From the NCBI RefSeq assembly GCF_008065095.1, contig NZ_CP042911.1:2490001-2522000 (forward strand): 32,000 nt of DNA. The letters run 5' to 3'. The position numbers and the translations under genes were made by a program. This DNA comes from Gemmata obscuriglobus. GTDB taxonomy: Bacteria; Planctomycetota; Planctomycetia; Gemmatales; Gemmataceae. Positions 26,517 to 32,000 of the stretch are shown one piece after another. The first letter of the stretch is position 1; each line of letters opens with the position of its first letter. Below the pieces are notes generated by a model, which made no database searches, was not told where the DNA came from, and was given only the letters and a program-made list of their open reading frames with translations.

Positions 26517-26742
26517 TCTGTAGCCGGCCTCTGTGCGGTCGGTGCTAGACGAATGGTGTCGCGCCGGATTTATACCAAATCCGGTTGAAGAGTAACCGCT
26601 CGGCAGAGTGTAGGTTGCACCCGCCTGCTGACGCAGGCGGTTCGACAAACTGCGGTCGAACCGCCTGCGTCAGCAGGTGGGTGGCGCTCCCAACCACCGT
26701 TACTCTTCAACCGGATTTGGTATCACAGAGGCCGGCTACAGA
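26517..26742. repeat. ~226-bp compound (nested) palindrome, MITE/REP-like
   Basis: The outer 19-bp inverted repeat is TCTGTAGCCGGCCTCTGTG (26517-26535) with its complement at 26724-26742. The middle 25-bp repeat is 26572-26596 / 26699-26723. The inner 29-bp repeat (1 mismatch) is 26618-26646 / 26655-26683. Each inner arm also contains its own hairpin CCGCCTGC-TGAC-GCAGGCGG. Confidence 0.85.
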
Positions 26743-26849
26743 ATACGGCGCAGATGCGGGGCAACCGACCGGGGAGTGAGGCACCCGCTATCAGCCGGCG
26801 GGTGGCGCCCCAGATCGCAGCTTGAAACTACCGGACCCGAAATAAGAAC

Positions 26850-26921
26850 GTTCGGGGGCAGGGCTCGAACCTGCGTCCAACCGGATGAGAGCCGGCCGCT
26901 CTACCACTGAGCTACCCCAAA
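26850..26921 (-). tRNA. tRNA, anticodon CUC by manual folding (nominally Glu)
   Basis: 72-nt cloverleaf. Acceptor stem UUUGGGG/CCCCGAA. D arm GCUC-AGUGGUA-GAGC. Anticodon arm GCCGG-CUCUCAU-CCGGU. Variable loop UGGAC. T arm GCAGG-UUCGAGC-CCUGC. Discriminator C. No encoded CCA. Confidence 0.8.
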
Positions 26922-26926
26922 CGTAA

Positions 26927-26998
26927 ACCTGGGGACAGGGCTCGAACCTGCGTCCAGCCGGTCCAGAGCCGGCCGCTCTACCACTGAGCTACCCCAGG
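26927..26998 (-). tRNA. tRNA, anticodon CUG by manual folding (nominally Gln)
   Basis: 72-nt cloverleaf. Acceptor stem CCUGGGG/CCCCAGG. The D arm is identical to its neighbour. Anticodon arm GCCGG-CUCUGGA-CCGGC. Variable loop UGGAC. T arm GCAGG-UUCGAGC-CCUGU. Discriminator U. It lies 5 nt from the neighbouring tRNA. Confidence 0.8.
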
Positions 26999-27010
26999 CC
27001 GACCGGCGCC

Positions 27011-28348
27011 TCACGACGCCGGCAGCTTCAACGTCTTGCCGGAAAACACCCCGACCTTCCTCAACAGTGCGGCCAGCCCCGGGTGGCCGACCGCGACGCC
27101 GTGGACGAGTTCCGGCGTCGGCCGGAACGCTTCGACCGTGCGGCCCGGGCGGGGCGCCGTCCACCCCTTCGCGACCGGATCGACGCCGCACCGCACGCAC
27201 ACGGCCTCGACCTCGGCGCGGGTGCAACTCGCGGTGCCGCCGAGCACCTCCCACGGCGCCGGGAGCGCCGCCCAGACCGCCGTGTCCGGTTCCAACCCGC
27301 CGCCGCTCGCCCGGTGCCAGTACGCCACGTCCGCTGCCATCAGCCGGAGGACCTTACCCGGGCACAGCCGATCGAGGAGGGCGTTCATGTCCAGCGCGTG
27401 AAGCACCGCGATCCAGCTCTCGCGGGCCTTGTTCCACGCCCCGGCGATGGCGTTCCAGGTGGTCGAGTCGTCGCCCCGCTTCACGATCATCGTGGCGCGG
27501 TCGAACCGCGACTTCTCCCACACGCTCCGCAGCAGTTCCGCGATCCCGGCGAGCAGGTCGAACCAGACCGCTAGGAACCGGCCCTTCTGCTCGTCGGTCA
27601 GCCGGTCGAGCACCTCGCGGACCGGGTGAACGTGGGCCACCGCCCACCAGTGCGCGGCGGGGCTGCGCCGGCACCGGGCGAACAGCATGTCGGCGATTTC
27701 GTCATACGGGCGCTCCTGCGGACCGTTGGTGAACACGCTCCGCAGGTTCGCCCGGGCCGTCAGGTACGCGATGAAGCACGCCGAGTCGCGGTCGGCGACG
27801 AAATCGGCCCGGGTGATCCGCGACGCCAGCCGCGACTTGGCGACCAGCGTGTACTCGCGCTTGCGGATCTCGCGCTCCAGCGTGACCAGCTTGGCCTCCA
27901 TCCGCCCCAGCAGCCGGAACCGCTTGTTGTACTGCCGCTTCGACAGTTCCCCGAGCCCGGCGGCGGTGCGGTCCGAGCGGTTCAGCCGGTGCTGCTTGAA
28001 GTCGCTCGCGCCCGGCGCCTTCGCGATCGTGCCCGATGCGGCGGCGATGTACGGCGCAAGCGCGGCCGGTTCGTCGCACGCGGCGCCCGCCGGCGCGGCG
28101 AGCGTCGGGAACAGGTCGCGCGCGGTCCGAACCTGGTTCGCCAGCCCGACCGGCTTTTGAAACTCGGTCGACATGGAGCTGTACGCCCACCCGCCGCGGG
28201 TATGGGCGCCGCGGGCCGCGCGGTCGAGGATCGTGCTCTCGGCTGAGGACAGCGCCGCGCCCAGTTCCTGGCGCACCAGTTCGGCCACGTCCTCGGGACG
28301 CAGCCGCCGTGCGAGAGAGGAGTATAAGTCGTCGATGGTCGCCATCAC
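27011..28348 (-). CDS. Hypothetical protein (445 aa), no recognisable domain
   Basis: Long ORF with balanced, protein-like composition (many W/F/Y/K/E/D, unlike the GC-artefact ORFs). Its stop lies 12 nt from the tRNA pair. Confidence 0.7.
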   Translation of the reverse strand: MMATIDDLYSSLARRLRPEDVAELVRQELGAALSSAESTILDRAARGAHTRGGWAYSSMSTEFQKPVGLANQVRTARDLFPTLAAPAGAACDEPAALAPYIAAASGTIAKAPGASDFKQHRLNRSDRTAAGLGELSKRQYNKRFRLLGRMEAKLVTLEREIRKREYTLVAKSRLASRITRADFVADRDSACFIAYLTARANLRSVFTNGPQERPYDEIADMLFARCRRSPAAHWWAVAHVHPVREVLDRLTDEQKGRFLAVWFDLLAGIAELLRSVWEKSRFDRATMIVKRGDDSTTWNAIAGAWNKARESWIAVLHALDMNALLDRLCPGKVLRLMAADVAYWHRASGGGLEPDTAVWAALPAPWEVLGGTASCTRAEVEAVCVRCGVDPVAKGWTAPRPGRTVEAFRPTPELVHGVAVGHPGLAALLRKVGVFSGKTLKLPAS

Positions 28349-28400
28349 GCCTCCGGCCCGTCGGGCCTCGTCTGCTACTCACGCTGAGAGACACGCGGGC

Positions 28401-28477
28401 GTGAACTGGGTTCACCGATGGGGCAATCGCTGGTCGCCCGCTGGCGTTTCGCTGACGGATTGCTGGTCACCGACTGG
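28401..28477. promoter_or_regulatory. Operator-like sites upstream of the 445-aa gene
   Basis: A perfect palindrome GTGAAC-TGG-GTTCAC lies at 28401-28415, 53-67 nt upstream of ATG 28348. Two direct repeats are ATCGCTGGTCGCCCGCTGG (28426-28444) and ATTGCTGGTCACCGACTGG (28459-28477), 15/19 identical and 33 nt apart. Confidence 0.35.
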
Positions 28478-28777
28478 TGTGTTGATGGACGCACGGTATG
28501 CGAGATGTGCCGACTTTAACACTCGTTGCATGAGGGATGCAGGTGGCGTATGTGAACGCCCGCGGATTGGCGTCGGACCGACCGGGTCGCGATTCGAGGT
28601 GCCCGCAGCACGACATTCGTGCTGCGTAAGCTGTTAAATAGCAGGGGTTTGTGTGAGAAGTGTCTCGCGCACACGTGCCGCGCCTTCGGCACAGCCGGCC
28701 CGAAGCATCGTCGACCGCTTCGTGACCGCTGTAACCCCCGTTACAGCGCGGGCCGAATCCGATAGAGTCGTGCCTTT

Positions 28778-28888
28778 GCCGGAGCGCGGGCCTCTGGCCC
28801 GCTGGTACGCGCTGGGAGTGAGCTTTGAGTACACGCGGAGCCGAATCGAACCGCCGAGGTCAAGCGGGCCAGAGGCCCGCGCTCCGGC
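28778..28888. repeat. 25-bp perfect inverted repeat with a 61-nt spacer
   Basis: GCCGGAGCGCGGGCCTCTGGCCCGC (28778-28802) has its exact complement at 28864-28888. Each arm contains the self-complementary GCGGGCC-TCT-GGCCCGC. Confidence 0.85.
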
Positions 28889-28919
28889 GCCAGCAGTACC
28901 GTATCGAGAGGACCGGTTG

Positions 28920-30257
28920 TCATTTTGCGTCGTTGGTCACGATCTTGCCGACCAGTCGGGCGTCGGGGAAGTTCGCGAGCGCGTAGGTGTTCCGGCCGTC
29001 GCGGACCTGCACCTTGGTGATGTGCGCGGGGCCGATAAACGCCCCGTTCTTACCCACCGTTTGCAGGTTCAGGGTGTGTTCGCCGGCGGGCAGTTCGAGT
29101 CGGAGGACCTGGATCTTGTCCGGCAGCAGCCCCCAGCACCGGGTGTCGGCGGACTCGGTCGCCTCCCACACCACCCCCGCCGCGTTCAGCGCAAGGCTCG
29201 TCATCTGGGACTTGTCGGTGCCGATCGCCTCCTTCACCCCGTACACAATGCCCTTCTTGACCACCCGCCGGACGATCGCCCGGGCGAGCGTCTCCGTCAT
29301 GAGCGCCTCGCACTGCTCGCTTGCCATCTGACCAATATCGGTGATCGTTTGCGTCCGGCCTTCGGGGTGACCGATGACGTTAACATTTACGCTCGCCACC
29401 TGGTTGATGGGCCGGACCACGCGCGGCACCTTGATCGGTGCGATGGTGGGGGGCAGGGACTGCTTCCCGGCGGCAGTGAGGATGCGGTCCGCGACCAGCA
29501 TCGCCGCGGTGGTCGCGATCTCGGCCTTCTCGTCCTTGTACGGGCCGCGCCCGACCAGCGTGAAGACGTACAGAACCCCGCAGCCCGGGCGCGAGTGGCG
29601 GCCGCTCTTCGCGCGTTCGAGGTCTTGTTTGGCGGGCGGGAAGTCGGGCAGCCACTGGGCGACCAGTTCGAGGGAGCGGGCCACGTCGTCGTAGTTCGTG
29701 TGCGTCTCCTCGCGGAGCGCCGCGTGCAGGTACGGCCCCACCGGGACGTACTTGTAGTTCGCCTTGAGGTTCTTCCCCTCGGCGTCCTTGCTCTTCGACT
29801 TCTCGATGATGAGCTGCTGCTTCTGGTTCACCTGGAGCGCGTAGGCGGTGGCGTCGGCCCCGTCGCCGAGCAGGTTGCACAGCGCCAGCATGACGCGGAT
29901 CAGCACCTTCTCGTAGTCCTCGCCGGCGTAGGCGAGCTGCTGGTCGTCGGTGAGCATGGACAGCGCGCCCTCGGCGAGGTCTTTGCCCTCCTTCTCCTCG
30001 AACCGGTCCCGCACCTCGCGGAGGAGCTTTTCGGCCTCGCGGTAGTTCCCCTCGGAGAGGAGCACCATCGCGCGGTCGAGCTTGAGCACGTCGGCGTCGC
30101 CGCCGTTCTTGGCGATCGCGGCGTCGAGCTTGGTCTTCGCCGCGGTCGTGTTGCCGGAGTTGTACGCCGCGCGGATGTCCTGGAGCTTGTCCGCGTGGGT
30201 GGCGCAGCCGATCAGCGCGGCCGACACGACCGCAACGAGCGCGTACAGTTTGGGCAT
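28920..30257 (-). CDS. Large lipoprotein with an N-terminal TPR-like helical region (possibly COG3014-like)
   Basis: Start trimmed to ATG 30257 (MPKLYALVAVVSAALIGC, lipobox LIGC). The helical N-terminal part reads LSEGNYREAEKLLREVRDRF. The family name is from memory and is weak. Confidence 0.65.
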   Translation of the reverse strand: MPKLYALVAVVSAALIGCATHADKLQDIRAAYNSGNTTAAKTKLDAAIAKNGGDADVLKLDRAMVLLSEGNYREAEKLLREVRDRFEEKEGKDLAEGALSMLTDDQQLAYAGEDYEKVLIRVMLALCNLLGDGADATAYALQVNQKQQLIIEKSKSKDAEGKNLKANYKYVPVGPYLHAALREETHTNYDDVARSLELVAQWLPDFPPAKQDLERAKSGRHSRPGCGVLYVFTLVGRGPYKDEKAEIATTAAMLVADRILTAAGKQSLPPTIAPIKVPRVVRPINQVASVNVNVIGHPEGRTQTITDIGQMASEQCEALMTETLARAIVRRVVKKGIVYGVKEAIGTDKSQMTSLALNAAGVVWEATESADTRCWGLLPDKIQVLRLELPAGEHTLNLQTVGKNGAFIGPAHITKVQVRDGRNTYALANFPDARLVGKIVTNDAK

Positions 30258-30348
30258 GAGTCGCTCCGCAACGGGTGGGTGGGGCAGTTCCGGTGTCAAA
30301 CCGAGGGCGCCGGGCACGCGCCCCGGCACCGCTCGACCCGAAACCCGA

Positions 30349-30987
30349 TCACGGCCGCCGGCTCTTGCGGTAGCCCTTGCGGATGGAGGCCGATTCCTTG
30401 CTTGAGATGCCGGTCTGGATGTTCACGAGTTCCAGGGTAAGTAGGTGGTCCTTCTGGGACGAATCGTTGTTTTGAGTGGTACCTGTGGTGGTGGTGGCGA
30501 ATAGCAGGTAGTCAAACGGCATCCCCTGCGACCGCATGGTGGACATGAACTTCTCCTGGCAGTCCGGTTTGAACAGGTCTTCCGGCCGGAGCCGGTGCGT
30601 CTCGATTGCGGCCGCGACGTACTTGCGGCTGAGTGACGTGAAGACCTGGGAGTTATTGATTTTCGTGTCGATGATTTCGTTGATTTGGTCCTTCCAGTCG
30701 ATGAGATCATCCGAGCCTTTGTTTTGGACGCCGACGAAGCAGATGACTTTCGGGACTGGTGCTGCCGTGCTGGCGGGTTGCAGCCCAGCGTCTTGGCGCG
30801 CGAGCAGCTTCGCGACCGCCTCGTCGATCATGGGCTTGTACGTTTCGGCCCCGGCGGCGTGGCTGCCGACCATGTCCTTCTTGCCGTCCTGGATCACCTC
30901 GCCGACCTGCTTTGAGCGGCAGCCGACCAGCGCAGGTGCGGCGGCGAACGAACCCCCGACGAGACCCAAGAAGCGGCGACGATCCAT
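30349..30987 (-). CDS. Tat-signal lipoprotein with an LpoB-like (COG3417-type) domain
   Basis: Start trimmed to ATG 30987. MDRRRFLGLVGGSFAAAPALVGC combines a twin-arginine motif with the lipobox LVGC. The body (VICFVGVQNKGSDDLIDWKDQINEIIDTKINNSQVFTSLSR...FDYLLFATT...LLTLELVNIQTG) follows the E. coli LpoB pattern (vllVdsVnNrT...l.nal...gkFtlvs...a.YvLys...l.mqLm.vqtGe). Confidence 0.55.
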   Translation of the reverse strand: MDRRRFLGLVGGSFAAAPALVGCRSKQVGEVIQDGKKDMVGSHAAGAETYKPMIDEAVAKLLARQDAGLQPASTAAPVPKVICFVGVQNKGSDDLIDWKDQINEIIDTKINNSQVFTSLSRKYVAAAIETHRLRPEDLFKPDCQEKFMSTMRSQGMPFDYLLFATTTTGTTQNNDSSQKDHLLTLELVNIQTGISSKESASIRKGYRKSRRP

Positions 30988-31284
30988 GACGGCTCCTGGC
31001 GGCGCGCGGGCGCGGCGCCGCGATCCCCCCGCGGCCCGGACGCCCAAAGTTCAGTGCGCAGTGCGACGCGGCTAATAGCCGCGCGCCGGCCCGGCGGCAA
31101 GACGGAAACGGATTGCAGGTTGGGGCAAGCGTCCGACAGACGCGCGGCCGGGACGGCCTTTCGTTTCCGCTTGCCGCTCCGCGGCGGGCGGCGATACCAT
31201 GCGTGGATTGCCACTCATTCGCGTCTTTCTGGGACGTGCGACAATCGGTGCCGAGCTGGCCGTCGTCGTTGTTGGTAGGAGGAT

Positions 31285-31914
31285 ATGGCCAAACCCGGCG
31301 CGCCACCGATCACGCAGCCGCTCGCGGGGACGGAACCCGCCCCGGACGCGATCCCGCTCGGTTCGCTCCCTGACCCGGACGCGACCCGGCCCGGGGACGA
31401 CGCGCTCGTGGCCACCTTCAACCAGGTGCGCGACGAACTCGTCAGCACGCTGATGTACCTCCTCGGCAACAGCGACGACGCCCAGGACGCCGCGCAGGAG
31501 GCGTTCCTGAAGTGCTGGCGGGCCCGCGACTCGGTGCCGGACGTGCAGAACCTGCGGGCCTGGATCTTCCGCGTCGCGCTCAACGCCGCCAAGGACTTCC
31601 AGCGGAGCGCGTGGAACCGGAAGAGCCGCCCGCTCCCGGAGGACGACCTCATGTTACCCGCCCGGGGCGACGCGCCGGGCCAGGCGGCCGAAGAGCAAGA
31701 GGCTCTCGACCGGCTCCGGCGCGCCATCACGCAACTGCGGCAGGACGAGAAAGAAGTGTTTCTCCTGCGGCAGAACGGCGATCTAACCTATGAGCAGATC
31801 GCCGAGATCCGCTGCGCCCCGGTGGGCACCGTGAAGACCCAGATGCGCACCGCGCTCATCAAACTGCGCAAGGTGCTCAACCCGCACGCCGCCGAGGACG
31901 AACCCTGTTCGTGA
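31285..31914 (+). CDS. ECF-type RNA polymerase sigma factor (sigma-70 family)
   Basis: Region 2 reads LLGNSDDAQDAAQEAFLKCW...LRAWIFRVALNAAKDFQR. Region 4 reads LRQDEKEVFLLRQNGDLTYEQIAEIRCAPVGTVKTQMRTALIKLRKVL. The start is uncertain, since the long Pro-rich N-terminal extension may not be translated. Confidence 0.85.
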   Translation: MAKPGAPPITQPLAGTEPAPDAIPLGSLPDPDATRPGDDALVATFNQVRDELVSTLMYLLGNSDDAQDAAQEAFLKCWRARDSVPDVQNLRAWIFRVALNAAKDFQRSAWNRKSRPLPEDDLMLPARGDAPGQAAEEQEALDRLRRAITQLRQDEKEVFLLRQNGDLTYEQIAEIRCAPVGTVKTQMRTALIKLRKVLNPHAAEDEPCS

Positions 31915-32000
31915 CGGATCACGGGAGTACGAACGCACGACCGCCCGCCGGCTCCGGGCCGGCGCCCTCAACAACCTTCCCGCCGACCGCCAACCCCGGC
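31911..32000 (+). CDS. 5' end of a possible anti-sigma factor gene (partial)
   Basis: GTG 31911 overlaps the sigma-factor stop (GTGA), and the frame is open to the window end. Support comes only from position and the usual sigma/anti-sigma coupling. Confidence 0.25.
   Translation, partial: MTDHGSTNARPPAGSGPAPSTTFPPTANPG

Noticed and set aside
26585-26910. ORFs 26585..26779 and 26677..26910 as small protein genes.
   Set aside because: They read through the nested palindrome and into the tRNA gene, and their translations are not protein-like. The region is better explained as repeat plus tRNA.
26850-26921. U3-G70 wobble in the CUC tRNA as an alanine identity element.
   Set aside because: AlaRS recognises G3:U70. 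Here the orientation is reversed (U3:G70), so no mischarging inference is justified.
31090-31140. ECF-type promoter (GGAAAC ... CGTC) upstream of the sigma factor gene.
   Set aside because: The spacer between AAC and CGT is about 20 nt, longer than the 16-17 nt typical of ECF promoters. A single weak match is not enough to call.
1-32000. CRISPR arrays, rRNA, transposases/integrases, prophage genes and known defence systems.
   Set aside because: There are no regularly spaced direct repeats, no rRNA-like segments, and no ORF with DDE/tyrosine/serine recombinase, Cas, restriction-modification, Abi or toxin-antitoxin motifs that I could recognise. The DUF4058 genes are the only nuclease-like candidates and are reported separately.

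Overview
High-GC bacterial chromosomal window. Gene content suggests a Gemmata-like planctomycete (inference): a DUF1559 pseudopilin with an H-X9-DG motif, tandem Hanks-type Ser/Thr kinases and three DUF4058 paralogs. About 28 CDS are supportable. They include two paralogous kinases, a Mo-bisPGD oxidoreductase, a GNAT, a DUF1559 + lipoprotein pair, and the two reverse-transsulfuration enzymes (cystathionine beta-synthase and gamma-lyase/synthase). Also present are a DUF3160-like secreted protein, a soluble DAC-domain (c-di-AMP synthase-like) protein and a cytochrome c-prime-like + USP pair. Housekeeping genes are rpsU, a parvulin PPIase, rluD and ftsY. The 3' end holds two tandem tRNAs, an orphan 445-aa protein, a two-lipoprotein operon and an ECF sigma factor. 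Most other long ORFs in the track are Arg/Pro/Gly-rich antisense or out-of-frame artefacts of the high GC. I see no CRISPR array, rRNA, transposase, integrase or recognisable defence system. The findings I rank highest are listed here. (1) Each transsulfuration gene is followed within 15-31 nt by a DUF4058 nuclease-fold gene. (2) Two 85% identical tRNA genes carry different anticodons (CUC and CUG) and compensatory acceptor-stem changes. (3) The DAC gene sits head-to-head with the CBS-domain enzyme gene. (4) A strong intrinsic terminator with no upstream ORF marks a candidate sRNA. (5) Several elaborate nested palindromes and a 9-bp-periodic AGGAT array lie in AT-richer intergenic pockets. All functional calls come from motif recognition by eye, with no database search.
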